In this document: positions 1 to 14,789 of the stretch, piece by piece
Numbering within the stretch: the first letter of the stretch is position 1
How the letters are laid out: every line of letters begins with the position of its first letter
NCBI RefSeq assembly: GCF_006345805.1
Contig: NC_043004.1
Coordinates: forward strand, 68,448,001 to 68,512,000
Origin: Octopus sinensis
Lineage: Eukaryota
Direction of reading: 5' to 3'
Length of the DNA stretch: 64,000 nt
The notes under the pieces: model-generated
Told to the model about the DNA's origin: nothing
The model's database searches: none
Seen by the model: only the letters and a program-made list of their open reading frames with translations
Program-made: the position numbers and the translations under genes

Positions 1-2789
1 ATACATACATACAGACATACATACATACATACATACATACACAAATACATACATACATACATACATACACACATACATACATACATACATACATACATAC
101 ATACATACATACATACATACATACATACATACATACACACATACATACATACACATACAAACCATACATACATACATAACATACCATACATACATACATA
201 CATACATACATACATACATACATACATACATACATAACATACATACATACATACATAATACATACATACACACATACAAACATACATACATACATACATA
301 CACATACATACATACATACATACATACATACATACATACATACATACATAACATACATACATACATACATACATACATACATACATACATACATACATAC
401 AAAACATACATACATACATACATACATACTACATACATACATACATACATACAAACATACATACATACACATACATACATACATACATACTACATACATA
501 CATACATACATACATACATACATACATACATACATACATACATACATACATACATAATACATACATACAACTACATACATACATACATACATACATACAT
601 ACACACATACATACATACATACATACATACATTACATACATACATACATACATACATTACAACATACATACATAATAACATACATACATACAAACATACA
701 TACATACATACATACATACATAATACATACACACATACAACAACATACATACATACATACATACATAACATACATACATACATACATACATAACATACAC
801 ACATACATACATACATACATACATACACACATACATACATACATACATACATACATACATACATACATACATACATACATACACACATACATACATACAT
901 ACATACATACATACATACATACATACATACATACATACATACATACATACATACATACATACATACACACATACAAACATACATACATACATACATACAT
1001 ACATACATACATACATACATACATAACATACATACATACATACACACATACAAACATACATACATACATACATACATACATACACACATACATACATACA
1101 TACATACATACATACATACATACATAACATACATACATACATACATACATAACATACACACATACATACAACATACATACATACATACATACACACATAC
1201 ATACATACATACATACATACATACATACACACATACATACATACATACATACATACATAACATACATACATACATACATACATACATACATACATACATA
1301 CATAACATACATACATACATACATAACATACACCATACATACATACATACATACCTACATACATACATACATCACATACATACATAACATACCTACATAC
1401 ATACATACATACATACATACATACCATACATACATAACATACATACATACATAATACTACATACATACATACACACATACATACATACATACATACATAC
1501 ATACCACATACAAACATACATAATACATACATACATACATACATACATATACATACAACATACATACATACATACATACATATACATACATACATACATA
1601 CACACATACAAACATCCATACATACATACATACACACATACAAACATACATACATACATACATACATACATACATACATACATACATAACATACCACATA
1701 CATACATACATACATACATACACACATACATACATACATACATACATACATACATACATACAAACATACATAATACATACATACATACATACAAACATAC
1801 ATACATACATACATACATCCATACATACATACATACTACATACACACATACAAACATACATACACATACATACATACATACATACATAATACATACATAC
1901 ATACATACATACACCTACATACATACATACATACATACATACATACATACATACCACATACATACATACATACATACATACATACATACATACATACATA
2001 ACATACATACATACATAATACATAACATACACACATACATACATACATACATCCTACATACATACATACCACATACATACATACATACATACATACATAC
2101 ATACACCATACATACATACATACATACATACATACATACATACATACATACATACATACATACATACATACATACATACATACATACACACATACATACA
2201 TACATACATACATACATACATACATACACCATACAAACATACATACCTACATACATACATACATACATACATACATACATACATACATACATACATACAT
2301 ACATACATACATACATACATACATACATACATACACACATACATACATACATACATTACATACATACACACATACAAACATACATACATACATACATACA
2401 TACATACATACATACATACATACATACATACCTAACATACATACATACATACATACATACATACATACATACTAACATACATACATACATACAATACATA
2501 CATACATACATACATACCACATACATACATACATACTACATACATACATACATACATAATACATACATAACATACATACATACATACATACATACATACA
2601 TACACACATACATACATACATACATACATACATACATACATACATACATACATACAAACATACATACATACATACATACATACATACAAACATACATACA
2701 TACATACATACATACATACATACATACATACATACATACATACATACGTACATACATACACACATACATAACATACATACATATATACA

Positions 2790-2821
<32 letters not shown>

Positions 2822-3018
2822 CATACATACATACATACATACATACATACATACATACATACATACATACATACATACAACATACATACATACATACATA
2901 CATACATACATACATACATACATACATACATACATACATACATACATACGTACATACATACATACATACATACATACATACGTACATACATACATACATA
3001 CATACATACATAAATACA
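1..3018. repeat. Long imperfect (TACA)n microsatellite; the window starts inside it
   Basis: Continuous ACAT units with scattered 1-nt indels and variants. The MYVC ORFs here are its translation. Confidence 0.98.
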
Positions 3019-3194
3019 TCATATTAGAGTAAATATGAAAACCAAAGCAGGAGTATCTTAAATCCCTTATAAATTTATTAAGATATGCTGAATTTGAAGT
3101 TTCTGGGATAAATCTAGCGGCACTTTAGTACGTCTATGCAGTACAAGAAGAGCATACGCTTTATTGCATATGATTCTTTTATTACTATTATTTA

Positions 3195-3584
3195 CTAGCA
3201 GTATCGCCCGGTGTTGCTCGGGTTTGTAAGGGAAATAATTATATAAGCATTTTTAGAGATGTAAAGTATAATAGCCATCTCAATATGGTTAACCACAAAG
3301 GGGTGGTGTTACTGTAGCTTTTTACGTTCTGAGATTTAATAATAAATTTTTAGAGAGTTACTTCCCAAAATGCCAAAAATGCATTAAAAATGGGAAAAAT
3401 TGATGGTAATTTTTTTTTTTTAATCATAGACTCATCGTAGACGCGCGCTAATACCCAGAAGGGCTCGATATGAATCAAGACTATAAGATACTCGGTTTTG
3501 GTTAAACAGCACCACAAAATGTGGGAGTAGTTAGGAATCTAAATCGTAGGAGATAGCACACAACCTCACTTTTATATATAAAGA
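3195..3584 (-). mobile_element. Non-autonomous Helitron
   Basis: Minus strand starts TC(TTTATATATAAAAG) and ends in a GC hairpin (cccgagcaacaccggg) then CTAG. Inserted between A and T with no TSD. Termini shared with 42504-43012. Confidence 0.85.
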
Positions 3585-4064
3585 TTATTAAATGTGTGAG
3601 TACAGATCATGACGAAATAGAAAATGTTCCGTGTCTCGAAAATATGCGTTTGCTCAAGATAATGAGTCAATTTTAGAGTAAAGAGATTAATCAGAAATAA
3701 AGCGGAGCCGTATGCTGTTGATATTCTTGTTCTCATACCTTTTAGTTCCAGGTCAAAACTTATATTTAAAACTGTCATCAAAGACGTTTCCATTTTCCCT
3801 TCTGACAACCTACTTCAGATTGCATTTTTCAAAAGACTTTTATACTAAACACTGCACTGAGGTGTGGGAATGCAACGACTGCTTTTTCTAGCATTCGGAT
3901 CGACCACTTTGGAAGATCATTCATCTGACTGCTGCTGTCGCAATTAATAATGTTGGTTTTCTTCCGTTTTTCTTCTCTCTTTTTATTCTTCTTATGGTTT
4001 CTTTCTGTTTTTTTTTTTTTATTTTATTGTTTTTTTTGAAAAGATTAAAAGCGGATAATAAACA

Positions 4065-4287
4065 ACGCGATGATGATGATGATAACGATGGTGATGACTA
4101 CGATGATGATCCTAATCATGATCATGATCATGATGAAGATGGTGGTAGTGGTGATAACGACGGAGGTGCTGGCGGTGATGGTGGTCACGAGGATGATGAT
4201 AATAATTACTATCCTGTCACTGCTGCTGCTGATTCTGATGTGATGCTGTTGCTGCTGATGATGATCGTGGTGATGGTGATGATGATT

Positions 4288-4358
<71 letters not shown>

Positions 4359-4420
4359 GATGGTGGTGGTGGTGAGGGTAATGATGATGCTGATGATAAT
4401 GAGGATGATGATGATGATTC
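4065..4420. repeat. (GAT)n/(GGT)n low-complexity tract
   Basis: Direct reading; source of the poly-D/poly-M ORF. Confidence 0.9.
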
Positions 4421-4838
4421 CATATTTTTTACTCCCCCATTCTTAATCGAGGCAATTTGTCAGCTTTATTCCATGGCTGGAAGCAATCAAAAGAGAACCG
4501 GACAAAAAGAAAAAAAAAAGGAAAAAGAAAAAGCAGACGGAATTTAACATAACGTTCGGAAGAAGTATTACAAAGAGGGAATAAAAGAAAGAAGAGAAAA
4601 GGAATTGAGGAAAAAAAAGCTAAAACAAATAAAGAATTGGAAAGGCATGTAAGAGGAGATGTATGAAAGAAAAAGAAAGCAGGTTTGAAATTAGTGAGAA
4701 AAAGAAAGAAGTTGATAGAGAGGAAGTAAGAGATGGTAAAAGAAATGTGGGTGAGTTTTTGCGCGAGGGTGTGTGTATGTGTGCTTGTAGGTCTGTGTCT
4801 ATACGCACACACATTCACACACACACAATGAAACCCGC

Positions 4839-4889
<51 letters not shown>

Positions 4890-4890
4890 A

Positions 4891-5118
4891 GGCGGCGAGC
4901 TGGCAGACACGTTAGCGCGCCGGGCGATATGCTTAGCCGTATTTCGTCTGTCGTTACGTTCTGAATTCAAATTCCGCCGAGGTCGCCTTTGCCTTTCATC
5001 CTTTCGGGGTCGATAAATTAAGTACCAGTTTCGCACTGGGGTCGATGTAATCGACTTAATCCCTTTGTCTGTCCTTGTTTGTCCCCTCTATGTTTAGCCC
5101 CTTGTGGGTAGTAAAGAA

Positions 5119-5121
<3 letters not shown>
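4891..5121 (+). mobile_element. tRNA-derived SINE, family A (Nin/Deu-like central domain), well preserved
   Basis: GGCGGCGAGCTGGCAG A-box head, GAATTCAAATTCC B-box, gcctttcatcctttcggggtcgataaattaagtaccag core. Many decayed copies elsewhere in the window. Confidence 0.85.
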
Positions 5122-5209
<88 letters not shown>

Positions 5210-5479
5210 ATGCATATATGAAACAGTCAAGGGAAATTTCCTTGGAGAAATGAAGTCATGTGCCAGCGTACATGGTTAGCTTTTTGAACATTTACTATAA
5301 AGGCGCCCATTATTGCCGCATCGGAATAAAAGGGAACCGGTCTCAAAAAGTCCTGATAAATCGCATCCTTCCAGTTTTAAGAAAATAGTGAAACGACGGT
5401 GTGGCATGCACGAAATAGTGCTGCCGTCACCATGGGCACTTGTTGGTGTCTTGTATACCAACAAAGCCATTGCTAGAGA

Positions 5480-5790
5480 GTATCATTGAAATCAGTCGTT
5501 GATGATGCAAGGTGAGAACCTTGTATGACTCTTGAGCCTGGCCAAAGATTTGCACATTCCATTGCATATTGCACTGTTGTGCTGGTTAACAGAGGGAACA
5601 GGTGCCACAGTATGAAGACCTTTGACATGCCTTTTCAATCCTCCAACTGAAAGGCACACCTTTGCACATACATACATACATACATATTTCTCTTTCCATT
5701 TCAGAATTACAACTATTAGTGGTTTGGAGTTTGGCTGCTCTTTCTAGTGAGTCGGATGTCCTATTATGGCCGTCCCTTATATGTTTGAAT
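5480..5790 (-). mobile_element. RTE-like LINE 3' fragment with two C2H2-like fingers
   Basis: Translation (C)AKVCLSVGGLKRH...CNGMCKSLARLKSH resembles the RTE ORF C-terminus. A short ACAT expansion lies inside the first finger. Confidence 0.6.
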
Positions 5791-5843
5791 GTACATACAT
5801 ACATACATACATACATACATACATACATACATACATACATACA

Positions 5844-6325
5844 ATGAAGAAGCTGATTCGGAAACTACATTTCAAATTCATTACTGGAACTAAAAATCTG
5901 TAAAACTTTCCTCAAGTTTATCATTTAAGTATATGTTAGGGTGTCTCGATATGTATGAGGAGACACATAAAACAAAAAATACAAATCTGCACATATACAT
6001 ACATATATACATACATACATACAATGAAGAAGCTGATTCGGAAACTACATTTCAAATTCATTACTGGAACTAAAAATCTGTAAAACTTTCCTCAAGTTTA
6101 TCATTTAAGTATATGTTAGGGTGTCTCGATATGTATGAGGAGACACATAAAACAAAAAATACAAATCTGCACATATACATACATATATACATACATACTT
6201 ACATTCCTATAAAAATACCCTGTTGTTGATGTTGAAATTCCAATGAAGGAGCCTTTTTTCGAGGTTAGAAACCGCCTTTTTCTCTATTGGCAAGAAAACT
6301 TGAAATTAAACTCAATAATGACATA
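5844..6325 (+). mobile_element. R4/Dong-like REL LINE 3' end (ORF terminus plus 3' UTR) in an (ACAT)n tract, with a 180-bp tandem duplication
   Basis: MKKLIRKLHFKFITGT-KICKTFLKFII* terminus. The 3' UTR at 6215-6325 aligns with 44420-44530, which follows a REL domain. Confidence 0.75.
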
Positions 6326-6376
6326 CATACATATATATATATATATTGTCGTTGCTAATGTTTTCCTGCGTGAATA

Positions 6377-6787
6377 CTCTTTTACTCTTTTTACTTGTTT
6401 CAGTTATTTGACTGTGGCCATGCTGGAGCAACGCCTTTTAGTGGAGCAAATCGACCCCAGGACTTATTCTTTGTAAGCCTAGTACTTATTCTATCTATTT
6501 CTTTTGCCGAAGCGATAAGCTACGGGGACATAAACACACCAGTATTGGTTGCCAAGCGATGTTGAGGGGTCAAACACAGCCACACAAATATACACACACA
6601 CATACATATATATACATATATACGACGGTCTTCTTTCAGTTTCCGTCTACCAAATCCACTCACAAGGCTTTGGTCGACCCGAGGCTATAGTAGAAGACAC
6701 TTGCCCAAGGTACCACGCAGTGGTACTGAACCTAGAATCATGTGGCTGGTAAGCAAGCTACTTACCACACAGCCACTCCTACGCCTA
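6377..6787 (-). mobile_element. tRNA-derived SINE, family B (CR1-like tail)
   Basis: Reverse complement of the copy at 31630-32000; has an internal TA/CA tract. Confidence 0.88.
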
Positions 6788-7609
6788 TATTGAACTTCAT
6801 GATTCAGGTTCTGATGAAGATATACTTAAATATTCATCGATGAGTGCCTTGCATTCTATAGCAGGAACAGCTGCAAATCAATGAAATTCTTGACAATTTT
6901 TTCCTTTATTAAAATTTTATTAAAATTCCTATTAGTCCTCACTACTCCACTGGCGCTTTGTTTTAAAGCATTATCATAATGAGCTCTACAAACATAGATA
7001 TGTGCAGTAAGAGTGTTTATCTGTTTGTGCGTGTATGTGTATATTATTTGTGTGTAAAGATTGAGATAGGAACGTAGATACTGTTTCGTTTACTCAGTAT
7101 GCCATATATTGATGTAAAGACATGATCCTTAGATACGGTATCTGCGTGAATACAAGCAATCAAACAAAGGTCCCAAATGAACTTCAAGATGTCAAGAATG
7201 GTGATAGGTTATCTGAAAATGTGATGCTCACCACTCTCTCTACATACTGCATTGACTAAAATGTATAGATATATTCTGAAGTAAGATAGTAGCACAGTAG
7301 TTTACCGAATTAGTACCATAATAATTGTAACGGTTTCCAAGAATGCGTGTATAGGCAAATCTATATATTTGAGGTAATTAGTGCATAGTTGTAGTAGATT
7401 TGATAGCAACATTGCCGTGGAAATCTGAATGTGATGCATCGTGGTCGATGACATTTCAAAAGAAAAACATTAAGCATAAGCTGCCTCGGAGATTATTTTA
7501 TGCAATGACATATTTACATTTCTGCTAAGATACAGTGTTCGCCAAAACCTATACATCTGCTCAGAAATGCAGCAACGTGTGTGTGTGTGTGTATATACAG
7601 ATATACACC

Positions 7610-7703
<94 letters not shown>
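7610..7703. repeat. (GATA)n microsatellite
   Basis: Direct reading. Similar tracts at about 9813-9902, 23016-23123, 23293-23415 and 60836-61117. Confidence 0.95.
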
Positions 7704-7704
<1 letters not shown>

Positions 7705-8974
7705 GCAAATATAAGCACATATATATTCATACACAAATGTTATTAAATATGTGTGTGTATGTTTGAATGTACGTGTGTATATATATATAAATATGTTATG
7801 CTTACGAGCATAGACACGCGTATTGATATATATATTTACGTGGATGTAGATGCATATGTACAGATAAACGTATTCTTGTATATTCATATTTTTATGCCTG
7901 TCTCTAAACATATACCTTCTATTATCATTATTTTTATTATCATCAACATCATCATTATTATTATCATCATCATCATCCTCTTCATCATTATTATCATTTA
8001 CATCATGATCCTTATTATTATTATTATTATCATTACCATCATCATCATCATCATTATTTTTATTACTTTTGACAGGAAATTTCCTTCTGACAAATTACCA
8101 AAATATTACAAATGCTCTGTCATTACTTTACCATCATCTAAATCTACATTGTTGATTATGATTTGATACCTTACCTTGTTATATTCTTCTCTCCTTTTTT
8201 TCCTTACGTTCTTATGTTCTTTTTAATTTTATTACTTCTCTCATATATACGATCGACGGTTGATTCGTGGCTCTCATTATTGTTGTTCTTGGTATTGTGG
8301 TGATTATTGTAGCTGATATCGCTATCATTGATGTTTTCCTCCCTATTTTATTTTCATGTTTGCTTCTCTTTTCTTTTTCTTTGTGTGTGTGTGTGTTATC
8401 GTTGTTTCCAGGTTTGTCATCGTTGCTTTTCTTAATGTTTCAATGTCATCACATTATTATTGCCACAGCTTTTTCCCCACCGTCTCCTGCTTTTTCTCGT
8501 CTCCCAATCGATATATAATTATGCATACACGAATGACTGATCCACATCTTAATCGAAACTCAATCATGATCGCTCAATTGGAATATTCTACTTTTTGCTT
8601 CTCTTATTATTTCTGAAAAGTCTTCTTTTTTCAGTGAAATAATTTTATTTTTATTTTTACTTTATTATTATTTTTTTTGCGTTTCATTCTTCTCCAGTTT
8701 TGCTGAATCTAATTCCAAGAAGCATTAGTTTTATAGCAACGTTCCATTAAACTAGCTAGCATTTATCTTTCCCAATATACTCACAAACATACACTCACAC
8801 AAACACACATTCAGACACATACACTCACAGACACCCACTCACGCATATACACATTTATATAAATCATAGAAGTCAATCGTCTCATCGAACCAAGCAAACT
8901 ATGGTTTGATTGGTTTTCGAAACTGATGATGCTACCTGTTGATTGCAAAACTTGGCAGAATTGTCATTGTCTAT

Positions 8975-9230
8975 AAGTGTCGGAATTTTTCTGTATCTTC
9001 TATTTGAACTCAGAATACAGAGGGCGAGAACAGATGATGCGGGTCATCTTTTCGAACGCGTTGAAAATTGCACCTGACACATTTCCTGGAGTGATATTTA
9101 TTTATCGACACCTAAAAATGGAAAGACAAAGATAAATTTGACAACGGATGGGTTTGAACTCAGAATGCAGCTATAAGGAATGTATCGAAGCTTAAAATCC
9201 AACCCCCGAACCACGCTGCGGATTCTGTGT
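8975..9230 (-). mobile_element. Two decayed family A SINE fragments in tandem
   Basis: Repeated tttgaactcagaat (reverse B-box) and tttatcgac motifs. Confidence 0.55.
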
Positions 9231-9776
9231 CATTTAAAACACACAAGCAAACACAAACATGAATATTTTATTTTTATGTGTGTATCTGTGTGTATATGTG
9301 TGTGATTGTCTCTGTGTGTGTGTGTGTGTACATATGTGTCTGTGTGTGTGCGTGTGCTCTCTTTTGGGTGAGCGTTCTGTGTCTAGTTCTGGGAATTGTA
9401 TTTTTTGAAGTAACAGACTACGCTGGGGAGTTTGCAGATAGTTACATTCGTAAATATTAACAAATGAAACAAATGAAACCATGGTACGCAGGTAAAGGTT
9501 TTTTTTTATTTCGTATATTTTCATTTGTCTTTCTCATTTTTACATTCTGGCGTTTGCTTAAATTTTCTGGAGAATACTCTCTTCGTGGTAAGGCGATTTG
9601 ACGTCTATCTTTAGCATATTAAGAATCCACTTTGGTGGTCATTCCTGTTAATTTGTATGTAATATAATTTTTAATCTTCGGATTTTCTAAAATATGCTGA
9701 GCCACTGGTTTTGATTGATTAATTTCAATGTCTACCCTGATTATTTAACTTTTAAATTATATATATATATAGATAA

Positions 9777-9890
<114 letters not shown>

Positions 9891-9943
9891 GATAGATAGA
9901 TAAATTAGAGGAAAAATAAAAATAAGACAGAACGAGTATCGCG

Positions 9944-9989
<46 letters not shown>

Positions 9990-9991
<2 letters not shown>

Positions 9992-11240
9992 AGTTCATTA
10001 AGAATGCACCAAGTTTGAGAGTCGTTAACTCTAATGTTTAATCCTGACAATTCTTCGTTTTACAACATTGAAGACTTACATCATAACCTTTCGAACGTAA
10101 TTTATGCTTTCTGATTATATTGTGAGTTTTCTTTTGTAAATCAATTTTGAACCCATGGACAGATAAAAAAAATCATGTCGTTCATGAATATGAGTTCTAT
10201 CGTGGAACCGTTCATACCAGACAGCTCAAAACATCAATGCAGTGTTTGGTAATGATGTGGCAAATGCGAGCACTTTACGTCAATAGTTTGAGATGTTCCG
10301 GTCTGGTGACTTTTCTTTTGCAAATCAGCCCCGTGCTAGGCCTGAGACGAAGGTGGATAATGAAGAGCTGGAAGCTGTTGTGGAAGCAGATACATCTCAA
10401 ACTACGTGTGAGTCAGCAGCAAAGCTTAATGATTCGAATCCATCTGTATTCGACTATCTGAAGCAAATTGGCAAGGTAAAGAAGCTGGACAAGTGGGTAC
10501 CACACGAACTGAACGAGCATGAAATGTCACGTCGTCTTGAAATTTGCTGTCACAGCATGAAAGCGAAAAAGTTTCGCATCGTATTGTTACGTAGGATGAA
10601 AAATGGTTTCTTTTCAACAATAGCAAGCCTTCTGCACAGTGGTTGAATAAAGATGGAGTACCAAAACACAATCTAAAGATGAATATTCACCAAAAACGCT
10701 AATGGTGAATGTTTGGTGGTCCAGCGCTAGTGGCATCTACTACAACTTTAGGAGACCCGGTAAATCAATTACATCGGATGTATACATCAACCAACTGGGT
10801 GAAATGATGAGGGGACATGCAATTATACAAGCGAGATTTGTCAATAGAGACAGGCCAATTCTCTTCCAAGACAATGCTCGACCACATGTTGCACAAAAAA
10901 CGCTACTCAAGTCACAAGAACTTTACTTCGAAGTAATCTGTCATTCACCATATTCACCAGACCTTGCACTAACTGACTATCGCGTTTTCCAGGCATTAGA
11001 TAACTTTTTGCAACGAAAAAACCTCAAATCTGAAGTAGATGCAAAGATAGCCGTTCGTGATTTCAACACCTCTTGCTCTTCATAATTTTTCGTTGCCGAC
11101 ATAAATGAGCTACCGATGAAATGGCGAAATTGTGTTGATAATTTAGGTGCCTACTTTTACTAAATGCATTGCTTTTTGTTGACATAAAGTAAAATAGACT
11201 TTAAGTTCGAAATCGGACATTTAATTCTTAATGATTTGAC
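9990..11240 (+). mobile_element. Mariner DNA transposon (cecropia/Hsmar1-like), decayed
   Basis: Degenerate TIRs share tcattaagaat (about 9996 and, reversed, about 11224-11234). TA-rich flanks. Encloses a transposase pseudogene. Confidence 0.88.
10155..11163 (+). pseudogene. Mariner DD34D transposase, frameshifted with stops
   Basis: Motifs WVPHEL, IVT*DEKW, QDNARPH and HSPYSPDLALTDY across ORFs 10293-10646 and 10702-11085. Confidence 0.93.
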
Positions 11241-11255
11241 ATATATAGATGTATA

Positions 11256-11880
11256 AAATTTAAATTAAGAAGTAAATGTAGAAATCTTGATCAACCACAA
11301 TTGACTACCATCGATTATTATTTTTTAATACAAAACTTTATCCCGCCTAACAGCCGTTTCTGCTTCCAATGGCCTACATTGTTGCCAAAGAAAATTCTGA
11401 GAACAATATTCCTCATATTTTGTAACACGTTCGATCTGGAATATGGAGCTTCATCAGAGTGAAGAAAAATACATAGAATAATAGAAAAGAAAAGATGAGC
11501 CTCGAGAGGAGGAAAGAAGGTTTATTATATTTGAATCACATGATTTTGCAGTGTAAAGCTTCATGCCGTTAAGTAAATGACTATACTAGAAAATTAACTG
11601 ATGGGTTAATCTTCCTTTAGGGGTTACAGTGTGTATAAATAATAAAACGTAAAACAAGTACTTTAGCATAACGGGATACGCCAGTAGGTCTATGAAAACA
11701 GAGAGTGATAGTGACATAACGTTTAGAAGTAATCATAAAATTCTTAAGAATATGTAAATAGTACTAATTAATACTTATCCAAATAACAATAATAATAATA
11801 ATGATGATAATAATAATAACAATAATAATAACAACAATAATAATAATAATAATAATGATAATAATAATAATAACAACAAT

Positions 11881-11938
<58 letters not shown>

Positions 11939-12419
11939 TATCAAGTATGATCTAGCAAACTGTAGTAGGACCCTGTATCAGTAACTATAATTGTATTTAG
12001 CAAGTGATTTAATTGTAATCACTTAATTAATTTGGAGATTTGCACTTATAACCTCTCATAGGTACACTAGACTGAATGTATTTAGGAATGTTTAGACATT
12101 TACTGTTTCTCCATTAAGACCACCGTTTGTGTACTGTGGTTGTTATTTCAGAAGATAAACTGAATATAATTCTATAATCGAAGGTCAATTCCCTAGCCAT
12201 TAATCCCCTTAACGGTAGTCTCCCCTTAACCGTGGATCCTACCTTCGCATGTTACAAAATATGACGAATATATTCTCAGAATTTTCTTTCCCAACACTGT
12301 GGGACATTGGAAGCAGAAACGGCTGTTACATGCGATAAGTTTTGTATTATAAATTAATAATCGATGTTAGTCAATTGTGGTTGATCAAGATTTTTCCATT
12401 TTCTACTTAATTTAAATTC
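11256..12419. repeat. Diverged inverted repeat pair of about 170 bp (11256-11428 / 12249-12419) around an (AAT)n tract; probable PLE inverted pseudo-LTR remnant
   Basis: aatcttgatcaaccacaattgacta versus tagtcaattgtggttgatcaagatt; aacagccgtttctgcttccaatg versus cattggaagcagaaacggctgtt. Confidence 0.7.
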
Positions 12420-12929
12420 TGATAAACTGTTGTTTCACTTTGTCATTGCCTCTAACCTCTGAGTATAATATGCTTGCATAAGTATTCCTAGGGTAATTTA
12501 TACCGGTAGTATTTTCTCTTAGACGATTCTTCCAACCGCTAACTCAACTAACCTGTGTGTGAGAGGGAGAGTGAGAGAGAGAGGGTGTGTGTGTGTGAGT
12601 CAAAAAGTAATATAGACAGTGGTGTGGGATATGTTACCAAAAGGGAAAATCATAATTGTCACTAAATATGACTAGGGTCTTAGAAACACCTACATTGCTA
12701 GAAATAAGAGCTAAAACTTTCTAATGCTATAGTGAAGGCACATATTTGTTCACATATACGCTGACAGGAACTATAACCGCCCGAAAACAACGATTTATAC
12801 ACAAACACATATACACACACATATACACGCACACATATACATATACATATATATATATACAAACATACATATGCATATATTTCATGCGTTGTACTTATCG
12901 AAATATCACTGAATTATGTGATTTCATGT

Positions 12930-13370
12930 TAGTGAGCTGGTTGAATTGTTACCGCGCCGGAAAAAATATTTAGCGACGCTTCTTCCAGCTATTCAGGTTC
13001 AGGATTCTAGTTCCGCCGCGGTTAACTTTGCTCTTCATTCTTTTTAGGGTGATCAATTAAGCCCCATTTGAGTACTGGGGCCAATCTAATCAACATGCAT
13101 CATAACTCAAAAAAATTACTGGACTTTTCAAGTATTTGAAGCCATTATTTTACCAGCGACGTTGAGGGATTAGAAAGATCTGTAGTACGTGGAGGAATGC
13201 TTTGAAGTGCTGGTTTCATTTTGCTTTTTCATATATTTTCTATGTTCAAATGACGCTGAGTGAACATAGATTTTCATCCCTCCGAGGTCGTTAAATTAAA
13301 GCATCAATCGATGGAATTAAATAACACTTCCTCTCAAACTCGCTGAATTATGATTCAATTAGAAATAATT
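12930..13370 (+). mobile_element. Two decayed family A SINE copies in tandem
   Basis: gagctggttgaattgtta head; tttcatccctccgaggtcg core. Confidence 0.55.
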
Positions 13371-13847
13371 AATTTTACCGGTAAAATCCGACGACATCGC
13401 GTGATTTTTTTCCATAGTTCTTTATTAATTTATTTCTTGTCTGTAAATAAGGAAATCAACGGAAATTATATTCAACAAATTTTCGATGTTATGTTCATTA
13501 ACAAACCTTTTTTAAATTCCTAAATACGACAACAACCATTAACAAAAGAGAAATACTAATTGATATATTAATATTGTAATGCGATGTTCTAATGCGAAAA
13601 ATAAAATAAAGACAGCCGTTAGTAGATTAATAATATAAACAATAGTTATTAGTTGTACAAATTAATGTTTGTCTAGCTTTGTAGTAAAGAAATGAGAATA
13701 ATTTCGAGAATGAGGAATGAAAAATGTTTACCGCGAAAATAAATATTTACTCTTGATTAATAGATCAAAGAGAAATAATATATCAGTGACATTATTAGCA
13801 TTCACCCAGGCTTGTACCAATTTAGGTACCCCGCACTACCAAATATA

Positions 13848-13861
13848 TGAATAGGTTGGAT

Positions 13862-13959
<98 letters not shown>

Positions 13960-14169
13960 CATATATATACATATATATATATAAACACACATATATATAC
14001 ATATATGTACTAGCAAATACGTGAATAGGTTAGATATAATATATATATATACACACACACTTATATATACGCATATGTGTATATATTTAGATATATATGT
14101 GTATATGTATATACATATATATATATGTGTGTGTGTTTATATATACATATATACATATATATATATATA

Positions 14170-14201
<32 letters not shown>

Positions 14202-14270
14202 GTATATATATATTTATATCCAACCTATTCACGTGTTTATATATATATGTGTGTTTATATATTATGTATG

Positions 14271-14302
<32 letters not shown>

Positions 14303-14609
14303 TATATACATATATACATATATATATATAAACACACATATATATACATATATGTACTAGCAAATACGTGAATAGGTTAGATATAATATATATATACACA
14401 CACACTTATATATACGCATATGTGTATATATTTAGATATATATGTGTATATGTATATACATATATATATATGTGTGTGTGTTTATATATACATATACACA
14501 TGTATATATCTAAATATATACACATATGTGTATATATATATATGTATATATATATTTATATCCAACCTATTCACGTGTTTATATATATATGTGTGTTTAT
14601 ATATATATG

Positions 14610-14647
<38 letters not shown>

Positions 14648-14771
14648 TATATACATATATACATATATATATATATATTATATATATATATATATAATAT
14701 ATAATATATATATTAATATATATATATATATATGTATATATGTATTTATGTATATATCTATCCAACCTATT
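13848..14771. repeat. TA/TG microsatellite matrix with a ~347-bp tandem duplication and a ~20-bp motif in both orientations
   Basis: gtgaataggtt(a/g)gatat(a) at 13848, 14020 and 14367; reverse complement at 14214, 14556 and 14757. Confidence 0.85.
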
Positions 14772-14789
14772 GTGTGCGTGTGTGTGTGT

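Noticed and set aside
429-3022. Long ORFs (MYVC repeats), and all YI/CV/LSIY/poly-amino-acid ORFs elsewhere
   Set aside because: They are translations of microsatellites that lack stops in some frames.
8915-8965. CTGATGA-tgc...gca-AAA as a hammerhead
   Set aside because: G12 and a valid stem III/NUH are missing; too decayed to call.
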